Source: Tepidisphaera sp. (GTDB lineage: Bacteria; Planctomycetota; Phycisphaerae; Phycisphaerales; UBA1924). Taken from it: a stretch of 64,000 nucleotides of DNA. The notes under the pieces were generated by a model, which worked only from the letters and a program-made list of their open reading frames with translations, was not told the DNA's origin and did no database searches. The stretch is from NCBI GenBank assembly GCA_050916045.1, contig CP051526.1:1696001-1760000 (forward strand), in the 5' to 3' direction. Numbering within the stretch: the first letter of the stretch is position 1; each line of letters begins with the position of its first letter. The position numbers and the translations under genes are program-made. This document shows, in pieces, positions 36,706 through 46,201 of this stretch.

Positions 36706-36798
36706 CCACTGAACCGTAGCGGGCGAAGAAGCGCTATAGAAGGGGCGCCCCCGGCCCGATTTCGGAACGAATCAGTGGCCTCAACCGTAGAATCCACC

Positions 36799-39700
36799 GT
36801 GACAACACTCCCCGTGAACTCCCAAGCCGCATCCGCCCAGACGTCCGTGATCCCGCGGACGATGGCGGTGGCTTCTCGGGCGGCCCGGCGATCCCTCGCG
36901 GGGGCGATTGCCCGGTCGACCGGGTGGGCGTTGCTTGCGGGCGCGGCGGTCTCGGTCGCGGCCGTCGCGGCGATCAAGCTCGCCCCGATCGACATCACGC
37001 CCGATGCGTGGGCCTGGGTGTTCGGTGGTCCGGCCGCGGCGGGCATTGTCGCCGCGATCGGGTGGTCGATCTGGACGCGGTGGTCCCCGGCCCGCGCCGC
37101 CGCAGAGTTGGACGCCCGCTTGGCTCTCCGAGATCGGCTGTCTTCGGCGATGCAGTTCCAAGCCAGAGCCAAGCCCGCGGCTTTCGAGTTCCTCGCCGTC
37201 GAAGAAGCCGAAGCGTTGGCTTCGAGCCCGGCGGTTCAGCAGGGTGTGACCAAAGCGATCCCCATGAGCTGGGGCCGCGGTTGGAGGTGGGCGCCGCTGG
37301 TCCTCGCGGCCGGCGTCGCGACCGCTCTGTGGGCGCCGTCCCGTCCCGTCGAGATTCCTGAAGCGGTCACGCCCGTCGCCGCTCGCGACGCGGCGGAGCA
37401 GATCAAGCAAGCCGCAGAAGCGATCCAGAAAACCGGCCAAGGCCTCCCCGACGCGGCGACCCCGCAGGATCTCGCCGCGATCGAAGCCATCGAACGCGAA
37501 CTGGCCGGCGGCAAGCTCGACCCCGCCGCCGCGACGACCCGCGCCGCCGAGCGCGTCGCTCAGACCGCCGACCGCCTCACCGAGCAGGCCGCTCGCGAGC
37601 AGCAGGAAGCCGACGAGGTCCGCGATCGACTGGTGCAGTCGCGAGAAACCACCGCGAGCGATCATGAACTGATCCAAGCTCTCAAGTCCGCCGACCTCGA
37701 GACCGCGAGCCGGCTCGCAAAGGAACTCTCCGAACGGTACGAGGAGCTCTCGCCCTCGGACCGCGCGGCGCTTGGCGAGCAGCTTTCGAACCTCGCCGAC
37801 CGGCTCGACGCTTCGGCGAGAGCTTCGGAAAGCTCCGCCCAATCGCCCTCGTCGTCCGACGGCTCCGCGAGAATGCCTGGAGATGCGTCCGCCGCCAAGC
37901 CGGACGGTGGGAATACAGGCGAAGCCGGGAAGTCGTCTGCTTCACGCGAAAGCACTTCACGAGAGAACACTTCACGCGAGAACGCCTTGCGAGATGAAGC
38001 CTCGGGCAGGCCGGATGCCGCGACGGAGACCGGAGCTTCCGCGCCGAATGAGCGGCCGAGCGGACGCGACACGCGGGGAGCCAACGATTCGAGCCCGCGT
38101 TCGCCTGACGCGTCGTCGCAGAATCCGGCCGTCACGCCGACTCCACCCACTCCGCCCAAGCCTGATCCGGTCAAGAGCTTGACGGATGCGCTCCGCAACG
38201 CCGCGGACATGCTTCGCAAGAAGGACGAGAAGCCGCCGGAACCTCCGCCCGCTTCGTCGCCCCCGGCTTCGCCAGACGCTCAGCCGGCGCAGAACCGGAC
38301 GGGCCAGAACCAGCAGACTCAGGACGGAGCCGCGGCCAAGCCCGCCGATCGGAACGGGGCCGCACCGGACGGGTCCGAGAGGAGCGGAGCCAAGCCAACG
38401 CCTCCCGACGGCGCGAAGGAACCAACACCTCCCGCCGACGCTCGCGGCAATCAGCCCGCGTCGACCTCGCCGGACAAGCAGAACCAGCCCGCGAAGGATG
38501 TTCCCCGTCCGGGCGAGAAGCCCGCGACGCCCGAAGGCTCTTCACGCGATCAGTCCAAGCCTTCCTCCGCTCCCGCAGGCGGCGAAACGCGAGGCGACAA
38601 GGGCCAGCCCAAGTCCTCCGACACGCCCTCCCCTCGCGGCCCGGAAGGTGGACAGGAACCTCGACCGCAAAGCGGCGCGGCAAGCCAAAGCCAAGGCCCC
38701 AAGTCCGAGACCAAGCCCGCGACCAACCCCGAGGCCAAGCCCGAAGCCGGATCTCGCGAAAGCCCTCCGCCCGCCCGTGAAGGTGGCCAGCCGCAGACCA
38801 ACCAGCCAAACTCGCCCGAAGCAAAACCCGCCAACGCGGACGGTGCCAAGCCGGACTCGGCCAAACCCGATTCGGCCACGCCAGATCCTTCCAAGCCCGA
38901 AGGTGCCAAGCAGAGCGGTGGCAATCCCGCTCCGCCCACGCAAGAACGCGGCAAGCCCGACCCGGCGGCCAAGGACGCCGCCAAGCCAGACCCAAACGCC
39001 AAGCCTGACCAGAACGCGAAGCCAGACCAGAACGCCAGGCCAGACCCAAACGCCAAGCCCGACAGTAACGCTCAGCCGAGCCCGTCGGCAAGCGACAAGA
39101 ATCAGTCTGGCCAGAATCCATCCAACCAGAATCAGCCCAACCCGAACCAACCCAGCCAGAACCAGCCGGGGCAGAATCAGCCCGGAACCAACCAGCCCAA
39201 CCCGAACCAGCCCAATCAGAATCAGCCCGGCACGCCGCAAGCGAGCCCGAATCAGCCCGGACAGCCCGGCTCTGCTCAGCCTCAGCCTTCCGGTCAGGGC
39301 AGCCAGCCCCCACCTCAGCAGAACCAGCAACCCGGCGCGAATCAGTCGGCTCCTTCCGGCGAACCGCAGAAGCAGCCGGGAGCCGCTCCCCAGCCCGGCA
39401 AGCAGGACACCCCCGCGCCAGAGGCCGGCACGCAGGCCGACCGGCAGCCCGGCAGCCGAGAGGGTGCCAAGTCGGGCGAAACCAAGCCCTCGGCGGGCAA
39501 GCCCGACCCGACTCAACCCGCTCCGTCCCAACCCGGCCAGTCCAAGCCCGATCCATCACGGCCCCAACCCGGTGAGCAACCCGGCGGGCAGTCCGGCGAC
39601 CAGCCCGGTGCCTCGCGGAACTCGCCACAGAATCCGCCCCAGGGCACCGCACCGAGCGGCAAGCCGGACCCCTCCGCTCCCGCCAAGCCCTCCGCTGCGG

Positions 39701-41226
39701 GCGACAAGCCGCAGGATGCCACCAAGCCCAATGACGCGGCCAATCGCGATCGTGGTGCCGGTGGCGAAGCCGCCAAGCCCAAGCCCCCCAGCGACCACAA
39801 CCGTCCCGACAAGCCCACCCCGCCGACCCCGCCCTCCGCCGGAAACTCCCCCGAAGGTCAAGCTCATCGCGGACCCAAGCCCGCGGCCGGTGAACAGCAG
39901 CAGTCCGGCACCGACGCCGCCAAACCCGCTTCCGATCCGCGCCGCGAACCGCAGCCCGGCGGCAAGCAGCCTGACGGCGGTCAGCCCGACGGCAAACAAC
40001 CCGAGTCGGCTCAGAACCCGCGGAACCGCGAGCCCGCGCCCGCGGGCAAGGACGCCGGCAATCCCGCCCTGCAGCAGAGCCAACCCGGCAAGTCCGGCCC
40101 GCAGGATGCGAAGCAGCCGTCGGATCAGACCAAACCGGATCAGGCCAGGCCCGATCAGGCCAAACCCGATCAGTCACGCAATGGTGCTTCTCCCGCTGGC
40201 GACAAGCCCTCGCCGAACCAGTCCGGCAAACAGTCCGGCAAACAGCCCGAAAGCAACCCCGACAGCAAGCCCGACCAACAGAACGGCAAGCCCGAAGCCG
40301 GAACCAGCACGCCGCGTGAGCAAGCAAGCCCAAGCGGCTCAGAGCCGCAGCCGCGCCAGCCAGGCAATGCTCCGCGACCCGGTCAGGAGCAGGCTCCGCG
40401 CCCCGCCGACGGGTCCAAGCCCGATGCACCGCAGGACAAGCTGCCGGACAAGCTTCCCTCCGCCGATGAGCTTCGCAAGCTCTCCGAGAAGCTTGGCGAC
40501 ATCGCCAAGCAGCCACAGCGAAGCGAACAGCTCCGCCAGGAAGCCGATCAGCTTCGCGAACGCGCCCGCCGGATGCTCGATCAAGCGACGCCCGAACAGC
40601 GCAAGGAGCTTGAGTACCTCGCGGAGCAGTGGGCCAAGCAGCAAAGCGGGAACCAGCCCGCAAGTCAGGGCGGAAAGCAGGATGCAAATCGCGGCGATCG
40701 CGGCAACCCCTCGGGCCGCAATCAAGCGGGCGGCCCGCCCGAGTCGGCAAATCGCGGCTCCGCGCAGGCCGGGCAGAAGCCGGATGGCTCAAACAATGAG
40801 CAACCCGGCCGAACCAGTCCGGGCGGTTTGGTGGAGCCCTCCGACGGCCAGAACAATCAGGCCGGTCGCGGAGAAGCGGCTGGCGGGACAAGCCCCACGT
40901 CCTCCGGCTCGTTCCGCGAGGAAAGGGTGGACCTCTCCAAGACCAACCGGCCCCGGCAGCAGCGAGTCCTCGCCGACCTTGCCCCCAAGCCTGGCGACAC
41001 CGGCAAGGGCACCGGCGTGATCACGGGGTCCGGGGAGAACGCCCGGGTCGAGATTCAGAAAGCCGCCGACGCCGGCGAGCGAGCGGTGGAGGGGCAGGCG
41101 ATCCCGGCCCGGCACAGCGACCTCGTTCGACGCGTCTTCCGCCGCCTGACCGAGCGGGCCCAAACCGAAAGCGGCCCGGCCAAACCGGCCGAGCCTTCCG
41201 CAACACCTGAAACAAAGCCGAAATAG
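36799..41226 (+). CDS. Very large membrane protein: N-terminal TM helices, coiled coil, long P/Q/N/S/G/K-rich disordered region (DUF4175-like architecture)
   Basis: Three TM segments; LDARLALRDRLSSA; C-terminal IPARHSDLVRRVF; start approximate (the 36022 start overlaps trpD antisense). Confidence 0.75.
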   Translation: MTTLPVNSQAASAQTSVIPRTMAVASRAARRSLAGAIARSTGWALLAGAAVSVAAVAAIKLAPIDITPDAWAWVFGGPAAAGIVAAIGWSIWTRWSPARAAAELDARLALRDRLSSAMQFQARAKPAAFEFLAVEEAEALASSPAVQQGVTKAIPMSWGRGWRWAPLVLAAGVATALWAPSRPVEIPEAVTPVAARDAAEQIKQAAEAIQKTGQGLPDAATPQDLAAIEAIERELAGGKLDPAAATTRAAERVAQTADRLTEQAAREQQEADEVRDRLVQSRETTASDHELIQALKSADLETASRLAKELSERYEELSPSDRAALGEQLSNLADRLDASARASESSAQSPSSSDGSARMPGDASAAKPDGGNTGEAGKSSASRESTSRENTSRENALRDEASGRPDAATETGASAPNERPSGRDTRGANDSSPRSPDASSQNPAVTPTPPTPPKPDPVKSLTDALRNAADMLRKKDEKPPEPPPASSPPASPDAQPAQNRTGQNQQTQDGAAAKPADRNGAAPDGSERSGAKPTPPDGAKEPTPPADARGNQPASTSPDKQNQPAKDVPRPGEKPATPEGSSRDQSKPSSAPAGGETRGDKGQPKSSDTPSPRGPEGGQEPRPQSGAASQSQGPKSETKPATNPEAKPEAGSRESPPPAREGGQPQTNQPNSPEAKPANADGAKPDSAKPDSATPDPSKPEGAKQSGGNPAPPTQERGKPDPAAKDAAKPDPNAKPDQNAKPDQNARPDPNAKPDSNAQPSPSASDKNQSGQNPSNQNQPNPNQPSQNQPGQNQPGTNQPNPNQPNQNQPGTPQASPNQPGQPGSAQPQPSGQGSQPPPQQNQQPGANQSAPSGEPQKQPGAAPQPGKQDTPAPEAGTQADRQPGSREGAKSGETKPSAGKPDPTQPAPSQPGQSKPDPSRPQPGEQPGGQSGDQPGASRNSPQNPPQGTAPSGKPDPSAPAKPSAAGDKPQDATKPNDAANRDRGAGGEAAKPKPPSDHNRPDKPTPPTPPSAGNSPEGQAHRGPKPAAGEQQQSGTDAAKPASDPRREPQPGGKQPDGGQPDGKQPESAQNPRNREPAPAGKDAGNPALQQSQPGKSGPQDAKQPSDQTKPDQARPDQAKPDQSRNGASPAGDKPSPNQSGKQSGKQPESNPDSKPDQQNGKPEAGTSTPREQASPSGSEPQPRQPGNAPRPGQEQAPRPADGSKPDAPQDKLPDKLPSADELRKLSEKLGDIAKQPQRSEQLRQEADQLRERARRMLDQATPEQRKELEYLAEQWAKQQSGNQPASQGGKQDANRGDRGNPSGRNQAGGPPESANRGSAQAGQKPDGSNNEQPGRTSPGGLVEPSDGQNNQAGRGEAAGGTSPTSSGSFREERVDLSKTNRPRQQRVLADLAPKPGDTGKGTGVITGSGENARVEIQKAADAGERAVEGQAIPARHSDLVRRVFRRLTERAQTESGPAKPAEPSATPETKPK

Positions 41227-41462
41227 CGTCCGACGAGAACCGCCGGAAGAAAGCCCACGGGCATGGAGGGATACGCCCGTGGACCCAATGGCGAGCTGAG
41301 AAGGTCCGCGTCCGAGCTTGCGTTCTTCAGGGTGCCGTCCTGGCACCCTCTCGCCGACGCAAAACAACCCCGACACTCTGGGTTTCTTTCCGCGTTTGTG
41401 AGAAAAGTGTCGGTTAAGCCCCAATCTGGGGCAAACACCCCAAGGGTCCGACTCCGGGGTTA

Positions 41463-41499
41463 TTGACATAATTATGCATGCAGTGTATAGTCATGCATG
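41463..41499 (+). promoter_or_regulatory. Sigma70 promoter overlapped by two ARG-box-like operators
   Basis: TTGACA (41463-68), 17 bp, TATAGT (41486-91); GACATAATTATGCA and TGTATAGTCATGCA. Confidence 0.85.
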
Positions 41500-41961
41500 A
41501 GCGTGAAAGCCCGTCGGCAGGAGGTCATCCGCCGAGTCATCGCCGGTTCTTCGGTCGTGAGCCAGGAGGCTCTCGTGGCCGAACTTCTCGCCCGCGGCGA
41601 GGATGTGACGCAGGCGACGGTCTCGCGTGACCTGCGCGAGCTTGGCGTGCTGAAGGGGCCCGAGGGGTACCGACTTCCGGGGCCTTCGGCGGCGCAGGCC
41701 GCGCCGCGGGATACGAGCGAGCTCGCTCGCGCGGTGCGGGACTTTCTGCTCGAAGCGGAGGCCGCCGGCACGATCGTGGTGCTCAGGACGGGGGCGGGAC
41801 AGGCGTCGGCTCTCGCGCTCCGGATCGATCGCGCGGGCTGGCGTGATATTGTGGGGACCGTCGCGGGAGACGACACCGTCTTCGCCGCGACACGGTCGGC
41901 GGCTGAAGCCCGTCGGGTGGTCGAGGTGTTTGAGCGGATGAAGCGAGGAGTCACCGAGTGA
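41497..41961 (+). CDS. argR: Arginine repressor
   Basis: SQEALV, TQATVSRDLRELG, GTVAGDDT. Confidence 0.96.
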   Translation: MSVKARRQEVIRRVIAGSSVVSQEALVAELLARGEDVTQATVSRDLRELGVLKGPEGYRLPGPSAAQAAPRDTSELARAVRDFLLEAEAAGTIVVLRTGAGQASALALRIDRAGWRDIVGTVAGDDTVFAATRSAAEARRVVEVFERMKRGVTE

Positions 41962-42989
41962 TGAGCAGGATCGGCGCGGTCATCGTGGGTGCGGGCGGCT
42001 ATTCCGGCGCGGAGCTTGCGGAGATCCTGCTTTGTCACGGGCGGGCTGAGATCCGCGGGTTGTTCGCATCCGCGCGGCGGGAGAAGGAAGCGTCCGGCGG
42101 GGGCGGCGGGCTTGAAGAGGTCTTTCCTCGTTTTCGCAATCGCTGCTCCCTGCCCGTGAAAGCCGCGAGCGTTGAAGCGATCGCCGAGGTCCGGCCCGAC
42201 GCCGTCTTTCTCGCCACACCGCACGAAGCCAGCGTGGAACTTGCGCCGGAACTGCTCGCTCGCGGGATGAAGGTCTTTGACCTGTCGGCCGGGTTCCGTC
42301 TGAAGGACGCTTCGCTGTATCCGAAGCACTACGGGTTCGAGCACGGGAAGCCGAAGGAACTCGCGGCGGCGGTGTACGGCTTGGCCGAACTGAACCGAGC
42401 CGCGATCGCGAAAGCGGATCTTGTCGCGGTGCCGGGGTGTTACCCGACGAGCGCGATCCTGCCGCTGGCGCCGCTTGTGAAAGCCGGCGCGGTCAAGCCG
42501 GGCACGCGGATCATCGTCGACAGCGTTTCGGGCGTGAGCGGCGCGGGGCGCGGCCTTTCGCTCAAGAGCTTGTTCTGCGAGGTGAGCTTGCAGGCCTACG
42601 GCGTGATGTCGCACCGCCACGAGCCCGAGATCGGGGCGTACGCGGGGCACCCGGTGGTTTTCACGCCGCATCTGGTCGCTTTTGATCGCGGGATCCTGTC
42701 GACGATCCACGTCGAGCTTGCGAGCGGGTGGGACGGCGAACGCGTCGCGAGCACGCTCCGCGAGTCGTACGCGGGCGAGCGGTTTGTGCGGCTTCTGCCC
42801 TCCGGGCAGTGGCCCGCGGTGGCGGATGTCCGCGGGACGAACTTCTGCGACATCGCAACCAAAGCCAGCCCGGACGGTCACCTCATCATCAGCTCCGCCA
42901 TCGACAACCTGGTGAAGGGCGCGGCCGGACAAGCGGTGCAGTGCATGAACATCAGGTTTGGATTTGAAGAAACCGAAGGGCTCTTCTGA
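41958..42989 (+). CDS. argC: N-acetyl-gamma-glutamyl-phosphate reductase
   Basis: GAGGYSG, PGCYPT, SGVSGAG, IDNLVKGAAGQAVQ. Confidence 0.97.
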   Translation: MMSRIGAVIVGAGGYSGAELAEILLCHGRAEIRGLFASARREKEASGGGGGLEEVFPRFRNRCSLPVKAASVEAIAEVRPDAVFLATPHEASVELAPELLARGMKVFDLSAGFRLKDASLYPKHYGFEHGKPKELAAAVYGLAELNRAAIAKADLVAVPGCYPTSAILPLAPLVKAGAVKPGTRIIVDSVSGVSGAGRGLSLKSLFCEVSLQAYGVMSHRHEPEIGAYAGHPVVFTPHLVAFDRGILSTIHVELASGWDGERVASTLRESYAGERFVRLLPSGQWPAVADVRGTNFCDIATKASPDGHLIISSAIDNLVKGAAGQAVQCMNIRFGFEETEGLF

Positions 42990-43033
42990 CGACTAATCAC
43001 CGCGAAGACTCTGACCTGATCGAGCGATTCACG

Positions 43034-43849
43034 ATGACGACTCACTCCAAGACATTTCGAGACATCCGCCCCATCGTGATCAAGATCGGCGGCAGCACGC
43101 TTGAGGACATCGGCAAGCTCGGTTCGCTTTGGTCCGCGCTGGTCCGGGTGGCCGCCGAGCGTCCGGTCGTGCTCGTGCACGGCGGCGGGAAAGCCGTCGA
43201 TGCGCTGCTCAGCAAGCTCGGCATGACCGTCGAACGCAAGCAGGGTTTGCGGGTGACTCCCGATGACCAGATGGGCCTGATCGCGGGCGTGCTCGCGGGG
43301 ACGGTGAACAAGCAGCTTGTGGGCGCGATCAACGCCGCGGGTGGAGCGGGCGGTGGCCGGGCGGTTGGCCTCGCGCTGGGTGATGGATCGATGGTCGAGT
43401 GCCGGCAGATCTCGGCGGAACTGGGCCGTGTCGGGAACGTTTCGGGCGGCGATGCGGAGGTGGTCAAGGTGCTTTGGGGCGCCCGATTCCTGCCGGTGGT
43501 GAGCTGTATCGGGGCGGACGCTTTGGGCGGGCTCCTGAATGTCAACGCGGACGACGCGGCGGCGGGGATCGCCAAAGCGGTGGGTGCGGCGAGTCTGGTG
43601 CTGCTGACGGACGTGCCGGGGATCAAGGGCGGGGACGGCGTGCTTCGGCCTACGCTGACCGCTTCCGAGATCGAGAGCATGATCACGGAGGGGTCGATCA
43701 CGGGCGGGATGATCGTCAAAGCCCGGTCTGCGGTCGCGGCGGCGAAGAGCACCGGCTCGAGCGTCGTCATCATGTCGGGGGAATCACCGGACGCTCTGGC
43801 GAAGTACCTCGGCGGCGAGCAGGTTGGGACGACGATCCGGATCGGGTGA
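43034..43849 (+). CDS. argB: Acetylglutamate kinase
   Basis: VIKIGG, VHGGG, GLRVT, NVNAD, LLTDVPG, GGMIVK. Confidence 0.96.
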   Translation: MTTHSKTFRDIRPIVIKIGGSTLEDIGKLGSLWSALVRVAAERPVVLVHGGGKAVDALLSKLGMTVERKQGLRVTPDDQMGLIAGVLAGTVNKQLVGAINAAGGAGGGRAVGLALGDGSMVECRQISAELGRVGNVSGGDAEVVKVLWGARFLPVVSCIGADALGGLLNVNADDAAAGIAKAVGAASLVLLTDVPGIKGGDGVLRPTLTASEIESMITEGSITGGMIVKARSAVAAAKSTGSSVVIMSGESPDALAKYLGGEQVGTTIRIG

Positions 43850-43890
43850 GGAGTACGCGGCACGCCGCGAGGCACCGGGGCAACAAGGTC

Positions 43891-44829
43891 ATGAAGAACA
43901 CGCTTCCACATCTTCACGGTTCGGATCTCCTGACGCTGGCGTCGATGGATGAGCGGACGATTCTGTCGCTTTTCGACACGGCGGCGGCGATGAAGAAGGA
44001 CTACGCGCCGTTTTCGAAATCGCTCGCGGGCCACAGCGCGATCCTGCTTTTCGAGAAGCCGAGCTTGCGGACGCGGATCTCCTTTGAGGTCGGCATCGCC
44101 AAACTCGGGGGGAACGCGATCTACATGGACCACTCCGCCCAGCGTCTCGGCGAGCGTGAGAGCGTGACGGACTACGGGAAGAACCTCGAACGGTGGGTGT
44201 CGCTCATCGTCGCCCGCGTCTTCCGCAATTCCGTGGTCAATGAACTGGCGTCGGCCGCGAAGGTGCCGGTGATCAACGCGCTCTGCGATCTGTACCATCC
44301 GTGCCAGGCTCTCGCGGACTACCTCACGCTGAAGGAGAAGTTCGGCAAGGTCAAGGGCTTGCGTGTGGCGTACGTGGGTGACGGGAACAACGTCTGCCAT
44401 TCGCTGATGCACGGAGCGGCGATCCTGGGGGCCGAGCTCATCGCCGTCACGCCCAAGGGGCACGAGTGTGACGAGGAGATCACCGCCGAAGCCCGCGCGA
44501 TGGCGGAGAAGAGCGGCGGCAAGATCACCGTCACGAACGATCCCGACGCGGTGAAGGGCGTCGATGCCGTCTACACCGACGTCTGGGTCAGCATGGGCGA
44601 ATCGGCGCACTCGGCCAGCGAGCGAAAGAAGTTCCTCAAGTACCAGATCAACGAAGCTCTGATGGCCAAAGCCGGGCCCAACGCGATCTTCATGCACTGC
44701 CTGCCCGCCAAACGCGGCCAGGAAGTCGTGGATGCGGTCATGGACGGCCCGCAGAGCGTCGTCTACGACCAGGCCGAGAATCGGATGCACGCGCAGTGTG
44801 CGCTGATGCACCACATGTTCGCGAAGTGA
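43891..44829 (+). CDS. argF: Ornithine carbamoyltransferase
   Basis: SLRTR, HPCQ, DVWVSMG, HCLP, QAENR. Confidence 0.95.
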   Translation: MKNTLPHLHGSDLLTLASMDERTILSLFDTAAAMKKDYAPFSKSLAGHSAILLFEKPSLRTRISFEVGIAKLGGNAIYMDHSAQRLGERESVTDYGKNLERWVSLIVARVFRNSVVNELASAAKVPVINALCDLYHPCQALADYLTLKEKFGKVKGLRVAYVGDGNNVCHSLMHGAAILGAELIAVTPKGHECDEEITAEARAMAEKSGGKITVTNDPDAVKGVDAVYTDVWVSMGESAHSASERKKFLKYQINEALMAKAGPNAIFMHCLPAKRGQEVVDAVMDGPQSVVYDQAENRMHAQCALMHHMFAK

Positions 44830-44836
44830 GAAGAAG

Positions 44837-44892
44837 TCACCAGATCAAGAGGTCACGAAGTCAAGAGGTCACGAGTTCACAGGGTGACCGGA
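44837..44892. repeat. Intergenic octamer tandem repeat
   Basis: TCACCAGA TCAAGAGG TCACGAAG TCAAGAGG TCACGAGT TCACAGGG TGACCGGA. Confidence 0.75.
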
Positions 44893-44903
44893 AGGAAACT
44901 GAG

Positions 44904-46121
44904 ATGGGTAAGCGGATTGCGTTGGCGTATTCGGGCGGCCTCGACACCTCCTGCATCGTGCCGTGGCTCAAGGAGAACATCCCGGGCTCGGAGATCATCT
45001 GCGTCGTCGGTGATGTCGGGCAGGGTGCCGATGAACTGACCGGCGTTGAGAAGAAAGCCATCAACTCCGGCGCGGCCGAGTGCCACGTCGTCGACCTCAA
45101 GACCAAGTTCGTCGACGAGTTCGTGATGCCGACCATCATCACCGGCGGCGTCTACGAAGGTCGTTACCTCCTCGGCACCGCGATCGCCCGCCCCGTCCTC
45201 GCGTGGGGCCAGGTCGAGATCGCGAAGAAGACCGGGTGCACGGCTCTTTCGCACGGCTGCACGGGCAAGGGCAACGACCAAGTGCGGTTCGAGTCCGCGT
45301 ACGGGGCTCTCGCTCCCGAGATGGAGATCATCGCCCCGTGGCGTGATCCGCGGTGGAACCTCTCCGGCCGCCTCGCGATGCTCGATTACCTCAAGGAGCG
45401 GAACATCCCGACCACCGCGTCGGCGACCAAAATCTACAGCCGCGACCGCAACCTCTGGCACATCAGCCACGAGGGCGGCGACATCGAGAATCCGTGGAAC
45501 GCTCCGCCCGAAGACGCGTGGATGCTCACCGTCGAGCCGAGCAAAGCCCCCGACAAGCACGAGGACGTTTCGCTGACCTTCTCCAAGGGTCGTCCGACGG
45601 CGCTCAACGGCCAAGCGATGCCGGCGTGGCAGATCATCGACAAGCTCAACGCGATCGCGGGGGCGCACGGTGTCGGTCGCATCGACCTGGTCGAGAATCG
45701 CCGCGTGGGCATGAAGTCCCGCGGCTTGTACGAGACCCCGGGCGGCACGGTCGTCCTCGAAGCCCTTCGCGCCGTCGAGGAGCTTGTCCTCGACCGCGAG
45801 ACGCTGCACTACCGCGAGCACCTGGGCCTCACCTTCGCCGAGCTCGTCTATGACGGCCGCTGGTTCACGCCGCTTCGCGAAGCTCTGTGGGCCGCGGGCG
45901 AGAAGATCGCCGAGAAGCTCGACGGTGAGATCGTCGTTCGCCTGTACAAGGGGACGGCGACCCCGGTCAAGCGCAAGAGCCCCAACAGCCTCTACGCCGA
46001 GAAGATGGTGAGCTTCGAGGGTGAGGATGTGTACAGCCAGAAGGACGCGGGCGGGTTCATCCGCCTGCTCAGCTTGCCGGAGCGGATCCGGGCGCTCAAG
46101 ACCAAGGGCTTGGCGAAGTAA
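44904..46121 (+). CDS. argG: Argininosuccinate synthase
   Basis: LAYSGGLDTS, HGCTGKGNDQVRFE, GMKSRGLYETPGG. Confidence 0.98.
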   Translation: MGKRIALAYSGGLDTSCIVPWLKENIPGSEIICVVGDVGQGADELTGVEKKAINSGAAECHVVDLKTKFVDEFVMPTIITGGVYEGRYLLGTAIARPVLAWGQVEIAKKTGCTALSHGCTGKGNDQVRFESAYGALAPEMEIIAPWRDPRWNLSGRLAMLDYLKERNIPTTASATKIYSRDRNLWHISHEGGDIENPWNAPPEDAWMLTVEPSKAPDKHEDVSLTFSKGRPTALNGQAMPAWQIIDKLNAIAGAHGVGRIDLVENRRVGMKSRGLYETPGGTVVLEALRAVEELVLDRETLHYREHLGLTFAELVYDGRWFTPLREALWAAGEKIAEKLDGEIVVRLYKGTATPVKRKSPNSLYAEKMVSFEGEDVYSQKDAGGFIRLLSLPERIRALKTKGLAK

Positions 46122-46134
46122 ATCGCATTGCGGG

Positions 46135-46170
46135 AGCCCACGGGTTCGAACCCGTGGGCTTTCTTTCTTT
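46135..46170 (+). terminator. Perfect 26-bp palindrome plus U-rich tail between argG and argH
   Basis: AGCCCACGGGTTCGAACCCGTGGGCT-TTCTTTCTTT. Confidence 0.75.
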
Positions 46171-46201
46171 GGGGGTGGGATTCCTCGCAGGAGAGTTCTC
46201 T

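Noticed and set aside
36022..36798. N-terminal extension of the 1734-aa ORF
   Set aside because: It overlaps trpD on the opposite strand; the real start is likely near 36799-36862.
43891..44829. SLRT motif suggesting an acetyl- or succinyl-ornithine transcarbamylase
   Set aside because: The DxxxSMG ornithine-binding loop of canonical OTCase is intact.
46135..46160. GGTTCGAACCC resembling a tRNA T-arm
   Set aside because: It is the centre of a perfect palindrome; there is no cloverleaf.
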